This document shows, piece after piece, positions 21,501 to 35,768 of a stretch of DNA of 64,000 nt. The translations under genes and the position numbers were made by a program. Location: positions 39,986-103,985 of the forward strand of contig DF237265.1 in the NCBI GenBank assembly GCA_000708835.1. The letters are read 5' to 3'. A model generated the notes under the pieces. The model saw only the letters and a list, made by a program, of their open reading frames with translations, was not told the origin of the DNA and did not search any database. Numbering within the stretch: the stretch's first letter is position 1; each line of letters starts with the position of its first letter. This DNA comes from Klebsormidium nitens (Eukaryota > Plantae > Klebsormidiophyceae).

Positions 21501-24500
21501 CGGTGAGGCACTCAGCGAATACTCCGGGTCTCCGGCCTTGACAATGCTCTGCGCGGCATGATGACTGATACTTGCAAGCAGGATTATCTCGTCCACGTGT
21601 CTGACTGGAGCGTCAAACGCTGCAGCTTTCGGAGATGAGCAAGGAGGAGATTGAGGCCAAGGTGGCGGCTATCCTCCAGCCAGAGACGGTCGCCAAACTT
21701 AAGAGCTCCGTCTGGAAGGAGCGCGTGCAAGGTAAGCCTCCCGGCACGGCCGTTGTTTCTCGTCTTGCATTTCAACCAGCGTTGCAGGTGGTCCCACTTT
21801 GTTGCGCAGCACCAGACAGCGACCCTTCGGGTTGCTCGCTTCTTGACGTGTTGCAGAAAGCAGTCTGCCAATAAATCTATTTTGTAAGATTCGCCTGTTG
21901 AGTGCTTAGAAAAGTGGGTGGTTAAAACTGTCGGGTTGTGCAACCGCAGGTGTGGAGGAGGTCGCAGCGGTAGTGGCGAACCTGAAAGAGGGCGTGCAAG
22001 AACACGCCGAGCTGCTTCTTCGGCTGCTCGCTCTGACACCCGGCTGGAAGGAGTCCAACGCCCAGGTACTTTCTTTTGCTCCGTTTTGCATGGCCTCTGC
22101 GTACCGTTATAGGTGCTCAAGGACAACGTCACCCTTTAGCTGATCTCTGCAAGTCTCGGATTGTCAGGGTCTGCATGCTGGGATTGTGGTCGTTCGTATC
22201 GTGGACTCTCATGTACGAGTCTGCAAGGTTGTCCGATGTCCTCACAGCTTCTGTCAACATTGCAGGCTCTGCAAAAGACCTTCGACGTGGCCGCCAGCAT
22301 TGCCAGCGCCTCGCCTCAGTTTCCTAAGAGAGGCGTCGTCATTTGCATGCCAGGTGTGCTGTTTTTCACGACATCCTTTTGTCGCCTTCACCACATCCTT
22401 GCCGTGTAGAGCTTGCGGCGATTCGCTCTGCCGTCTTACCTATACGTTCGTGGCTGCATCAACGTCCGTGCTCGTGTTCAGAAGAATCGAGAGCAAAACG
22501 GACGTTTATTGATTAGATACGAGCGCAGGTCGAGTAGGTTCCGAGCTCGAGGTCCTCTTCTGATGAGAAATTTGCGAGTAAGTCTCCAAGGTGCCGCTCG
22601 TTGCTCCCGCTGTCTAGATGACGTCTTCGAAAGATTGTCACCCACCGTTGCTTGTATCCCAATCACAAGTCCCGTCGTCCAGGTCTCGTTGACAAGATCG
22701 GGGATGCGAAGATGGGAGGGCAGGTGAAGGGCTGCCTCACAGCCTTCTGTGAGGCGGTCGGGCCGCAGTTCGTCTTTTCGAGGGTAAGCTCACCTGCTCG
22801 CTCCTTAACACAGGCTGATGTCCCAGGTCTTCATCGTCACTCGTGGTCTCATGGAGGCTTGGGAGCCTGCGAGCTCTCTGCTTTGTCCGTGTCATGTTCA
22901 TTCTCGGTACTGGGAGGACTTCTTGTTCAGGACTGTTGATTTTACCTTTCGCAGCTGTACAAGCCCATCGCTGGCCACACGAACCAAAAGAACTTCGGGC
23001 AGGCCCTTGAGTGGATGGGCACCGCCATCGAAGACTTTGGCGTGGGGATGCTCAACCTCAAGGTAAGATAAGCAAGTTTTGTAAGAGTTTCTCTTCGAGC
23101 CCTCTCTAGACTTTCTGACCTTGCAAGCTTTCGTGGTTGGAAGCTATGGCCTTCCTCTTCCTGTTGGTGCAGGTCACTATGCTGCTTTTGACACGGAAGC
23201 CTCACTGGACGTTCATTAATGATGGAACTGACGACCAGTCTCGCGCTCGTTGCAGGATCTTTTGGACTTCTGCAAAGCGGGGCTGGATTCGCCAAACAAC
23301 GCTGTGAGGACGTCCGCAACCAAGCTACTCGGAACCATACACAAATACAAAGGCCCTGGTAAGTCATCCGCTGGCTGCTTCTGCCACGCCGAAAAGAATG
23401 TCAAGGAATGAATAGCTTCAGCAAAATTCCAAGCTTCGAGGACGCTGTATGTGGCCGCTGCGCTTGATGCTGCATTTGTCTTTCTTTATGTTTCCGTTTC
23501 GCAGAACTGGCGGATCGAAGCTTTTGCAGGATGTTCGAGATCAGAAAGAGCTTTGTGTGATGTGACTCTGGTTTGTTGCAGACATCAAGAGCGCTCTGGG
23601 CGATGTGAAGCCGGCTCTCATGTCCGCTGTGGAGGCCGAATTCACGAGGAACCCTTATGAGGTAATCAAGTTGCCTTTATGACTGATTTCCTTCATCTTT
23701 CGTCATCATACGCGGTAAGCCTATGTGCAACCCCATGAATGCGGTGGCCACCATCAGGTCTTCTTTTCCAGCTTTGGGCTTTCTTGCTTCAAAAGGTGAG
23801 CCCTTGTGGTCGGTTCGCGCTGCGCTGTGCATACGTGTTGTGTAAAAAGCACTTCGCTTTGACATGGTATTTGCAAGACTAGAGAGGTCTGGCTCTGAGC
23901 CATCCCTCTGAACGCTTCGTGTTGCGGAACGAGATTCGCAGGGATGAATTGACGTGTCTGCTGACGGCTTCCATCTGCTGCAGGGCCCTGCTGCTGCGCC
24001 CAAACGGCAAGTCAAGGTCGCTGAGGCAGTTGTTGCCGGCAATGGAGAGCTACCAAGAGAAGACATTAGTGGGAAGATCACGGAAGCCATGCTGACAGAG
24101 ATGGCCAGTACCGACTGGAAGGTGACAGCGGCTTCGACTCTGCAATTGCTCATTCCAAAGATCTCCAGCGTAGTCCTTTACGGGTTGGGGAACTTGTTCC
24201 CATTTTGTCATCCTTGATTCCAGCGACCAGACTGTATTGCAGTGCTACTGCTGTTTCAAGACGGCAGTTCCTTTATCCTGAATCCTGATTCATGCTCGCT
24301 TTGGGTGCCTCCTCTTAACGTCCCCTGGTTGGGAAGAGTCATTGTCACTGGCGCTGCCAGCGCACCAGCCGCTTTGCAGTGCGCTAGTCGAAATGCTGTT
24401 ACCCATCACGAGCAACGTGTCTTGTCTTGCAGGTCCGACAAGCTGCCATCGAGTCGGTCAACCAGGTAATTGAGGACGCCCGCAAGCGGATCCAGCCGGC

Positions 24501-27500
24501 GGGGCTGGGCGACCTGTTTGCGGCCCTCAAGGGCCGCTTGAACGACTCCAACAAGAACCTGGTGGTCAGCGCCCTCGCTGTGCTGGCCAGCCTGGCAGCC
24601 GCACTGGGCCCTGGAGCAGACAAAACCAACAAGGTCAGCCTCCTTGTACTGCAAGGCAAGTTGTAGATTCATGCAGTGTGACTCCTGTTCAAGACTTTTG
24701 CAGCTTCGTCGATCCCTACTGATTGGCTTGCAGCTGCTTGGATCTGTGTTTTGACACGTGATTGGGGACATGGTCCTGGCAAATTGTCGCGCTTTTTGAA
24801 CGCTCCACTGCGCGCTTCTTTGCAGAGTATCCTGACGGAGGTCCTGAAGTGCATGAGCGACAACAAGAAGCTCGTCAGGGATGCTGCGCTCAAGACGATG
24901 GACGCCTGGCTGGAGGCGCTCTCTCTGGATAAGCTGGTGAGTTTTCTGGCCGCCGCTTTTTGCTTTCTTAGCTCGTAGAAAAACTTCTGGACTCGAAAAA
25001 GCGAAGAAAAGATCAGGATTCTGCTTGCACCCGTCGAGGGCATGCAAAGGGTCGTAGCCACTGGACTCTGAAGCATGTCCACTTCTCATCACGAGATGCA
25101 CGCGTGTGCTAGGCGAATTGCCGCACACAGATGGGCGGCATGAGTGGTGAGAGGCGGCAGTTGACGGGCGTGTTATTTGGCAGGTCCCCTACCTGGTTGT
25201 TGGGCTGGCAGAGCCCAAGATCTCCGCAGACGGGCGTAAAGAGCTGTACGAGTGGACGGCCAAGCAGGTGCCGGTGGCGGGCGCGGGAGCAGCGGAAGCG
25301 GCAGCGCTGGTTAAACCGTGTGCCTCGGCGCTGCAGGTGAGCCAGAGAACGCGGTTGAAAGCTTGCGTTCTGTTCAGGAAAAAGAACGGCCGCAGAATGT
25401 TTGATTGACTGTTGAGATCGCCGTTGAAAATTGGGGCCTGCTGCCACAGTTGTACGGTCATGGTGCTAAGGAGTTGATGTGTTCGTGCAGGACAAATCCG
25501 CGGATGTTCGAAAAGCGGCGGAAGCTCTGACCGGGGAGCTCGTCCAGGCCTGCGGCTACGGACCGGTGAGCGTAGGGCATGAACTGATCTGTGTCGTGAG
25601 TTGCACTTATACAGATTCATTTCCAAAGTTGTCTTGAGCTCTTCGAAGCCTGAGCTAAAGACATCTTTTCGGAAACAGCGGCGTTATTCTTTTCTTTCAA
25701 GGTTTCATGGGCGAAGCCTGCCCTGATCGGTGTGTAAGTTTGTCGCTCATCTCGGTGAATGTCTAAGCTGACAGCCAAGGTGCATTGCAGGTTAGCAAGG
25801 CTGCTCGAGACCTGCAAAGCAAGAACCTGGCGGTCCTTCAACCAATCCTGGACAAGCTCAAAGGTGTCTCAAGTGGTGAGCATTTTCGTAGTGAATGCAA
25901 GATCGGCACAAGGCGCTGCTAGCAGACAGCTTGGATTTGCTTCACCGAAAAGCTAGGAACAAGGTCTGCTGTTTACGCACAAAGTTTAGTTTCGACTTTG
26001 CGCGTTTTTTGCTCGTCCCTCTGCTGGTCAAGGCATTTGCTCCACTTACTTTGCAAGGAGGTCCAAGTCCGTCAAGCGGCGGGCTTACGCATGACTGGAT
26101 TGTTGCAGCCCCCGCCTCGCCTGGCGATTCCAAGCCCAGCACGTCCGCCCGCCCTCAATCCGCTCCTCAACGGAAGAACGAGTCCGAGGCCGCCGACCCC
26201 TCCGGCCGTCCCCGCACCGCTGCTGCGAAAGCTGGCGGCGTACGGACGTCCCAAGCTTTGCCGAGCAGGCTCAAGAAGCAGGACGCAGACGACGCGGCTG
26301 CGCAATCGAGCGTCCCGCTCATTCAGGAGAACGATCTCAAGGTAACGCCTTGCAGCCTGCCCAACAGCCCGCCCTCGTGTAGTGTTTGCCCGGCCTTCTT
26401 TCCTTGTGTGTTTAAATCACAGAAGTTAGCTGCGCAAGTTAGCTCGTTGAAGCTCAGGACAGTGTACGAGTCGGCAAAGCCTCAACAGAATCTGAAAGCC
26501 AGCATGGCACTGCTTTCCCGACATTGGATGACAAATTCAGGGTCTTTTCTTTTCTTCTTACTGAGCCGAAGTGACAGTTGACGACGTCTATTTTCAGTTT
26601 CGAGCACTGGCGAAACTTGTTCTGTAGTGCTCCCCTTCAGATCTCACCTTGGCCGACTCCTCAGCAGTCACCAGCTATTGTTTGCTGTGACTCCCACGCC
26701 CTTCGGCACCCTCTCTCTCACGTTACCAGGAGGCGCGTGCGCAGCGGGCCCTGTGACGCACCAAGATGACTGTGATGCTTCGCCTCATGTCTCAGCTTGG
26801 TCGGCTTCTTGGCACTGCTGGTTTCGAATAGTCTCGTTTGGTGTGCTTGGCCACACCCTCAAAGGAAGCCCTTCGTCAGAGCCTTCTTTTGGTTGTGTTT
26901 CCAGGAGGAGCGTGCCCGGCGTGCCCCGCGGCGCATCAAGTTCGACGACCAGCGCGACGAGGAGCTGGCAGACCTGGAGGCGTGCATGCAGCCCATCTTC
27001 CGGGAGGACCTCTACAAGCGCCTCACCAGCGCCGAGTTCAAGGACCACGTGGCGGCGCTGGATTTGCTGACCAAGGGCGTGCCGCAGTACATCAAGGCGA
27101 TGACGGACAACCTGGACGTGCTGCTGCGCTGGAGCGTCGTGCGCATCTGCGAGGCCAACACGTCGTCTATGCTCAAGGTGGGCGGGCACGTCGAGTGCAG
27201 TGGCTCCTCGTTCGTGGATCTGTTGGCTCCTTCTTGCGTGCAGAAGATTCGTAACTGCGTCTTTAAAATGACGAAGTCTGTTCTTTGAAGTCATTCTTCC
27301 GCTGCAATCATGCAAGATTCCTAACCACATTTGCATGGCGAATGAGCAAGTAGTTGCTGACAAGTCGAAAGCCGTGCTTGCCGACAGATGCTGATTCTGA
27401 CCGTGCAAACCTAGGTGTCGAAGTCTAAATCTTGTTTATTTCCGCTCTGCAGACGGTAGAGTTTCTTGAAGCCCTCCTCGACGCGCTCAAGGGCCAAAAC

Positions 27501-30500
27501 TACCACCTCTCGGACTATGAGGCAGGCCTGTTCATCCCCTGCTTGGTGGAGAAGGTAGGTCCGTCTTCTTCATTGTGTCGCCTGGACGACGGCGTTAGGT
27601 GCTTCGCCTTCACTTGCTCTTACTCAACCTCCAAGCCTTGCTATCCATCTACGAGCTGTATTCGAGGTTTGAGGCCCTCAGGCTTGTTGGGCCTTACAGT
27701 TTGTTATGATAACCCGTCTGAATGAAGTTCCCCAAACGGCACTTAGCAGGGACCAACGAACGCCTTGTCAAAGTCGGCCTCTCAATTCTCCTCGAATGTG
27801 TCTCATATCTTGTGCTCGTCTTCCTTACTGACTCCAGACGAATGCAGGCTCAATATCCTGGTCGTTCCAGTCTTGATAACATTTTTCTTGTGTGCACTGG
27901 GGCTGCCTCCCTACTATGACCAACTTTCGCACCTCTGGTGCATACAACTGGCAAGCCCTGAACGCGCCACCCCGTGCTTGATTTCTGCTCATTCGTCGAA
28001 CCTCGCGTGCAGAGCGGCCACCAGATGAAGCCGGTGCAGCAGAGCATCCGCAAGCTGATGCGCCAGATCACGATGGTGTACCCCGCATCCAAGTTCTTCG
28101 CGTTCCTCGTCGAGGGCGTGCGCTCCAAGAACAACCGCACGCGCATCGAATGCGTCGACGAAGTGGGCAACCTCATGGACCGCCACGGGGTGGAGGTGGG
28201 GCACTCCATAGCGCACACGTCCTTTAATTGCGTCGTTCTGGTTGCCTGCCTGTTTCTAAGGCCGTGGCGGCTGCTCCAGCGGCCAGAAAAAGACATGAAA
28301 TTCCAAGGATCTGCTGCAAATCTCCGCAAGAGCGCTTTTTGAACTTGTCATGCGTGTGTCCCACACGAGCCTGTTGAGGATTGTGAGGGCATTCGCGGAG
28401 CCGACTACTTTGCACGTCGTGTCTGACCGATACTATCTTCGTTGACCAGCTTGACCCACATGTCGGAGCGCAGTTCCTTCAGAGCACCAAGCACGTGGTT
28501 GGCAGAGTTGTGGACGCTGGCCCGCGCGCCATTGTTCCTGTTTTACCTCAAGCTTAGTGTCTCGCCACCCGTTTGCTGCAGATCGTGGGCTCTACGAAGG
28601 CGCTGCAGGTGATTGCTGCCATCACTGCGGAGCGGGACGTTACTTTGCGGAACGTCTCTCTGCTGACCCTCACAACCGCGTATAAGATACTAGGTGAGGA
28701 GCAACGGCCGGCGGTGAGGTGCTGGGCAATCTTGCGGCACCCGGGCCTCAGGACAGTGTCTGTTACTCGTAATATAGTTGAGATTCGTGATGGTTTTTTG
28801 GTGCACCGATCTTCAAGTAGAGTTTCCCAAGGACACGGCTAGAAAGTCGTACAGAAAAGTTTTGGTTTTTGGATGGTAAAACCTTGCGTCCTTTGTAGCT
28901 GGCGAGAAACATTGGAACATCTTTGTAGCGCAAGTTCGTGACGGCCCTTAGTGCAGACTTGACTGAACTTTGCGCTCGGTTGTGTGTCAGGGGATGACGT
29001 CTGGAAGCAGCTAGGGAAGTTGACCGATGCGCAGAAAGGGCTTATAGAGGACAAATTCAGATGGAAGGTGAGCGCCGAGACTAACAACCGTAAAGGCCCT
29101 TTTGTCCCAATGAGCAGTGTTCAGACTCCAACCATTAGTTTGAACACGTGGTGCGCGTTGCTGCTTCCGCTAATAGCTGTTCCGTTCAGAGGCTCTGGAA
29201 GCTGGAGTCCATGTTCTTGACGCATTGCACATAGACTTTACTTTGAGTGCCTGCAAGCTGACAAATATGAATGTTGAGAGAAGCAAATGCTTGTGTCAGG
29301 CCAAGGAGATGGAGAAGAAGAAGGAGGGCCGGCCAGGGGAGGCGCGAGCAGAGGTTCGACGGAGCAGAACCACTGCGGTGTCGTCCGCCGCTGACACCGA
29401 GTGAGCCGACCCCCCGCATTCCTTCCCCCTTCCTGCCACTCAAGCAGAAGATATCGCTATCATGCGAGGTTTGTTTTCTTTTAGACGAGGCCCAGGAATC
29501 GTCCCCAGCTCTCTTAATCCCATTTATAAATGAGAACATTCGAGGGGCTGCTCACATTTGCTATCCTACAACCGAGACATTTGCCCTATCCTCTCCTCGT
29601 ACTTCCGTTTCTTCAAATTGTCGTGAACGCGTGTGCCTTGGTGTATCGCAGGCCGGGGCCAGCTCCGCAAGCACCTTACGTTGAGCTGCCGGAAGTGCGG
29701 AGTAGCGGCGACGTCGGCATGCCCTCAAAGTAAGTTTCAGGAAAGGGTTGACTGCCCCGATTTTGATGGAGTACTCTCGACTAGCTTCTTCACCGAATAC
29801 TTTATCCCCATCCCGTCATCAAAGTTGCTCAAGAAACTGCATGCACCCTTAACTCCGTGTCTATCAATGGAGTGGGCGTTGTCCCGAAGCTTTGCCTTAT
29901 CTTGTCTTCTTCCTCGTTGCCGCAAGTCCACGACCACCTTCGTTCTCCGTTCCTTGTGCAGTCTGCGCGTCAGCTCTGACTCCGGATTCGCCCGCCGTGA
30001 GAACGGCCTCCCCTCCTCCGCGCACTCGTCCCGGGCTAGCACTCCGACGGAGACGGCCAGCACGCCCACGGTCTACTTCGAGCAGGAGAGCAATGGGTCG
30101 GGCGATGCAGCTGCGCTGTCGTGGCAGGAAGCGCTCGACAGAGTCATCGGCAGCCCCGACCAGGACCAGGTGAGGGGTTGACTGTTGTAAAACCTTGGGG
30201 GGTGGGGCCATCTCTACAGACGATCGTCCATTGGGGTCTGCTATGATGACGCTATTGAGCCGAGTCATCTGCTTTGTCACAATCTGGAAGAGATAGCTCT
30301 GCATTCCTTCCAAGTACTTTCTTGATTATGAATATGTGCATCCGTTGTCGCTGAGCGGAAGGTAACTTTCATTGTCAGCTCGTTGGTTGTGTTTTCTTAC
30401 TGGTTTTGACTGTGCTTAATCCGAAGATGCTGCAACTCTGGCCGCAACAGAAGATTATTGAAGGACCGTCGGCAGCTGACGAAGCACCGAGCAGCCAGGC

Positions 30501-33500
30501 CGTTGGTTCTTTCCAGCCCCGTACTTCCCCAGAGCTCCACTTCGTTGCGCCCGCAGGTGATCGAGGGCCTCAAGTGGCTGTGCTACGAGCTGACATCGGC
30601 GGTGCAGGGCGGCAACGGCGCGCTGCTGGCGGAGTACACGCGCGACGCGGAGCAGCTGGTGCAGGTGCTGACGGACAAGGTCCAGCACACCTTCACGCAG
30701 GAGCACATCTCCACGCGCCTCTGCAAATACGTCCTCAACACGCTCATGCAGGTGGGCTGCTGGGCCGTTATTTGCATCGCTCCGTTTTTTTGTTGCAGCT
30801 TGAGGCGCCTTCCTCTTGCAGAATACTGCAATGGTCTCCGCTTAGTCCGGATTCAGTACTACGTTACTTTAATCCTCCGAGAGGGACCGGTCCTGGTTTA
30901 CCTAGGTAGTCAGGGTGGTCCTGGCTTATTGCGATGGCAGAGCATGGTCATCCATTTCACTTTCTGTGTCTTTGAGCCGTCCCTCTTTGTATCTGCCGAC
31001 GCCACCACCTTCGAAACCAAACCGCCCCGCAATCCGTTAAATCGCAGCGGACGGATGGGCTGTGCGTGAGTGCGGGGACCAGTTACGGCTTTGACTTTGC
31101 ATAGCTGATCCGAGCTTCCGTTCCGCTTGCAGATCTTCCAGATCAAGTCCGCCGCTACGAGCATCAGCGCGGGCCGGCTGAAGACGCTGGTGGTGGAGCT
31201 GCTGCTGTGGCTGCTGGACGACCGCGTGCCGCGCATCGAGGCCGGCAACCAGCTGCTCAAGGCGCTCAACGTGCTCATGCTCAAGATCCTGGTGAGTGCA
31301 TTCGCGCGGCAGTGACTCTGGGTGCACCACGTGTCTCTCGTTCTGGAGCCGACGACTCGAATTGGCCATGAAGTCATTTGGTAATTGTGTAAACCTTGAT
31401 TCGACCCTGCGACGCTCGGTTTCCGAGTGTGCAAGTTGCCAAGATTACGGAGACCTGCAACACTTCTGGTCGCGATAAGATCACCCGAGCTTGAACTCTG
31501 AGTTTGTGACGCTTCCCCCGCGGCTCTGTTCTTTCGAGGAGCCGAAAAGGCAGGTTTGACAGCGCCGTTTTCGTCGTTGTGCAGGAGAACACGGAGCGCA
31601 CGTCGTCGTTCGTGATTTTGATCTCGCTGCTGCGCCCGAGCGGCGTGGCGGACCTGCCGTCGGCGCGGCAGCAGGACGTGATCGCCGACCGCGGCCCGCG
31701 CTTTACGGACCTGGTGGTCAAGTGCCTGATCAAGCTGACCAAGGCGCTGTCGCTCACCATCCACGACGTGGACCTGGACAAGCTGCTGCGGAGCATCCAC
31801 GACTACCTCGAGGACCTCGGCATCGACGAGATCCGCAAGAGGTGACGCGCGAAATTGCTGGCTTTCGCATCTCCTAATCGAATGGTGAACTTGGAAGAGC
31901 GAACATTCTTCGTTTTGGTTACTAACCTTGACAGTCCGAAGTAGGGATCTTCCTTGGAGAAGCACAGTCTTCGTCCGCAGCGCATCCTCTGTGAAACTCG
32001 ATCTGGCAGCGGAGAACCTCACTCGCCCTACGCTTTCTTCCTCCAAGGGCGGTTTATTTGCTCTGACACCTTTCCCGTCTCCCAACGGCCATCCAAGCGC
32101 AGACCGCTGACCCGCCGCTGCCCTGGTTCCGTGTTCCAGGGCGGGCGCGGACGACAAGCCGCTGCGCATGGTGAAGACGGTGCTGCACGAGCTGGTGAAG
32201 CTGAAGGGCATCGAGATCAAGGCGCACCTGAGCCTGGTCCCCGGGGTGGACCTGGGCGGCCACCCGGGGCGCGACCAGCCCATCATCATGGCCTACATCG
32301 ACCTCAACCTGCAGACCATGCCCGCCGCGCCGCCGCCACGCCAGGACGCCAGCCCCCCGTTGCGCGAGAGCGCCCCGCCCGCCACCCCGCAACCGGTGAC
32401 GCTGGAACAAATTGTGAAGCCACAGCTGGCGGCCATCTTCAACAAGGTGAGCGAGGGGGAGGGCGGAGAAGAGGGACGGAGGGCGAGCTTTTGAAGGGGT
32501 ACAAGGAAAGCGAGGGGCAATATAGCGAAAGTCGGAACACCGGCTGCCTTTCGAGCATCATCCGTTGACTGCTTTGTCATGATGTCCGCCTCCTTTGATG
32601 ACATGCACACACTTTCTACCGTTTGCGTCTCAGCAAGGCGACCCTACCACGAGTTTCCTTTTTGCTGCATGGTTGCTCGGCGGGATCACTAGCACAGACA
32701 TCATCTGAGCGGTGTGGTATTTTCCACACACGGTTGCTGACAAGCGTGTCGTGCTGCAGATTGGGCGCGGAGCCCACAGCGACGAGGGCATGGCGGAACT
32801 GTACGCGCTGCACCAGCAGTACCCGCGCCTCGACGTGTTTGCGCACATGGGCAACTGCAGCGACCACTTCAGATTGCACATCCGGGAGGGGCTGTCGCGC
32901 ATGGCGGCAAAAGCTGCAGACGGACAGCTTCGCGTCGCCGATGCCACCGATGCCGGAAGTGAGGCGTCGCCGCCAAAGACCCTGACGCTGCCGCGCACTC
33001 CTGAAGGCCAGGCCGCGCCCGATCTCGAAGCCCAGTTCAAAGAGTTGGAGGCGCAGATGCCAACTGTGACGGGTGAGCGAGAGCAAGCGCGAGTGCAGTC
33101 GACGGGGGATGCAGAGAGCCGGACGGGCGGCCAGGAACCGGTCGCAGCAGGGGGGTCCAAACTGCGGATGCCGCAGGCTGTAAGGAGACCTGCCGGTGAC
33201 TTGGAGCAGGCGGGTGAGCCCACCGGGGGAACTCCGAGAGCTGCGGAGAATGGGGCGGGGGGACAGCCGTCAGTGGGAACGTTGGATGCATTGAAGCTGA
33301 GGATGCGTGCAATCCAAGCCCAGGCGGCCAGCTCCCCAACAGAACCGTTGCAAAACGGGATTGTGTCCAAGTCGTTCGAGTTTGATAGAGGGCAGGGCTT
33401 TCCTGCCACTGAGGCGCAAACCTCCCCGGGTGGAACAGTGACGATAGACCACATCAAGGACCGTCTGGCCCGATTGCATGGAAACGAGCCCGACGCTTAA
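15565..33500 (+). CDS. MOR1: XMAP215/ch-TOG family microtubule polymerase MOR1/GEM1, about 44 exons
   Basis: Starts MAENEEAILKDAKKLPLEDRLAHKHWKAR. TOG/HEAT signatures appear in successive exons (WSDKK, VWKERV, WKESNAQ, TDWKVRQAA, LNDSNKNLV, RIECVDE, LIKLTKAL, DKPLRMVKTVLHEL). Phases are continuous to TAA at 33498-33500. Confidence 0.97.
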
Positions 33501-34761
33501 GTAGTAGACAGTGTGTGCTGATATGTACCAGATGATGTCAGTCTCAGTAGTGCTTTAGGTAGCTTCGAAGAGTATAACTTGTTCAGGTCTTGCTATGAGT
33601 CTCTATGTCGCAAGTTGCTAGGATCAAATTACGATTGGAGTCATATTTTTGGCAAGTCCTGTGATAGTAACCAGACGCAGTAACATCAGCGGAAGCACGC
33701 TCGTTAGATGTAGTCATGCAACTGTTTCGATGGTATGCGTGGAGAGCTAGCTGGGTTGCCCGGCAAGTTGAGCTTTAATGCTGAGCATTGGTGTTAATGC
33801 GGGCAATGATGCAAGCTCCCAGGAGTCAGCCAACCAATGATAACATGCCAATCTGTATAGAAGGGCCCTCATCCTCGGAACTGTGAAGAAGACGAGCAAC
33901 TTACGCCAACTGCGCATGATCGATCAGAAACGCGGCCATGGGCCAACACAATTGACAATGTCGGGTGACTAATTTTCGTGTTAGGCTGCCCGGCCTTCTG
34001 CCATGGCTTCCGTCATTGTTTGTTTGAGGCCCGCTGGTGTAATTTCGATCGTAACGCCGCAGGCAGTGCGGCTGCAGGCTTCCGAAGTTCCCATGGCATA
34101 CGTACAAGCATCATTAAATGCTGTGTCACATAACTTCTTCATTCTCATCATGTATCATATGTACAGCTAGCTGTATAAGCTAGTCACTGGCGGCCATGTG
34201 AATTGTCATCATATGGCAATTCATGGCACATTCGATCGACGGTGCCTTCGGCATGCTTAACATGAACGACGGTGACGTGCTCATGCATGCCCTGCTGCAG
34301 CAGCCGCCGGCGGCCGGAGCCTGCCGCCTCATTGCGCTAGCTAATTATTCTAGTTGGCACATGCGCAATATATTGAAGCTAGGTCGACGAAACAAGCTGT
34401 CCGGCAAATGCCCGGCAGCATGAAGGGGCCAAAGGTACGGTAGAGCTAGCACGGCGATCTCGAAATATAATAAGATCCTGACATGAACTGTCAAAATGCC
34501 GGCGACTACTGAGTGCAGAATCAACGAGACATCATGAAAGAGCCACGACTTACTCAGGCTGCAACCGTCAATGATCCGATTTCCAAAACGATTCGGTGCG
34601 AACTAGGTAGATCGAAGAATGCCATTGCTTGAAGAAGCAGGATGACAGTATCTGCTGGCAGCTAGCTAGACTTCCCTAAGGTTGCGTCCATCATAGGTAG
34701 TATCGACGAGGATAGGCTGTTAACGGTATGATTCTCGTGGCGCTCGCGCATGTTTTATTCT

Positions 34762-35768
34762 GGTAGGTACCGTAGGCTTCCGTAGCATGATTGTCGGTCA
34801 GATATGGATAAGTTCAAGCCTACCGGTACAAAAAGTGTACATGTAGGTATTACATGCCATTGTTATATGTCTGGCATGGCTTGTGATGCAGATCGAACTC
34901 AAACTCGAAGCTCCCGGCCCGATCCCTCCCGAGATGCAACTTAGTTCGTCGATGGCCGCCGATACAAGTATCCAACGGCAACAAGAACTGTCCGGGGTAG
35001 GGAAATAAGCTCATATGCGTTTTCGTGTCGTGGTGCAGGGGGTGCAGTACGGTACTTCCCTCTACCTTCGACTGAGTGCGGCAGGTAGGTACCGTACCTT
35101 CAATCGTCATGCAATACGGTAGGTACCTACCTACAATGCTTTTGGTACGTCCCCAAAAGGTACCTACCTACCCTCACGGGTGACGGAACTTGGAACCTGT
35201 CGATTGGCACGTGTGATAATTCTCGGTCACAAATTGCGCATCCAAGGACTCAAAGTTGAAATCTTCTGGAACGGACTCCGATGTTGTTTGGCACATGTAT
35301 CGAGATATTCCGATTCGAGGGGAGATGTGGAAGCCACCATTCGATAGAAACTTCGAACTTTTGGGAGCGGACCCCAGCGGAGCCATTAAACATAACAGCT
35401 AGCGGATTGGCAGAAAGGTGCCTTAGTACGGGGCTCGCTTATGATGCGACCTTGGCAGCTTATGGAAAGTAACGCCGTGCAACCTTGAAACCATGTATCC
35501 ACCAGAGTTACATGTTACATGCCATTAAACGAGCAAGATACCATTAGCCTCAGGCTGAGCAATATGTATTAGAGGAGGTTGGACAAAAAGACCTCGTTCC
35601 GCAGCTGCAGGGATGTACCATGATGTACGGTACCTAGGTATACCGGTACCTAGCGGTCCAGGTACGGTTCTACACCGTGGCCCCGTCACGGTAGGTACCT
35701 ACTCCGTCCTGTTTACAGCAGTACGCACTGACCATGTACCGTAGGTACCTTGGTACTCTACAGTGTAC
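34762..35768. repeat. Cluster of GGTAGGTACC / GTAC-rich short repeats upstream of the APRR2-like gene
   Basis: Exact GGTAGGTACC at 34762, 35084, 35118 and 35690 (+) and at 35122 and 35159 (-). About 11 GTAC words in 35615-35768. Confidence 0.75.

Noticed and set aside
30910-32289. 459-aa minus-strand ORF, and similar long antisense ORFs at 56870-57913, 61039-62100 and 60963-61802
   Set aside because: They are shadows of GC3-rich MOR1 and PRP16 exons, which have few antisense stops. No independent coding signal.
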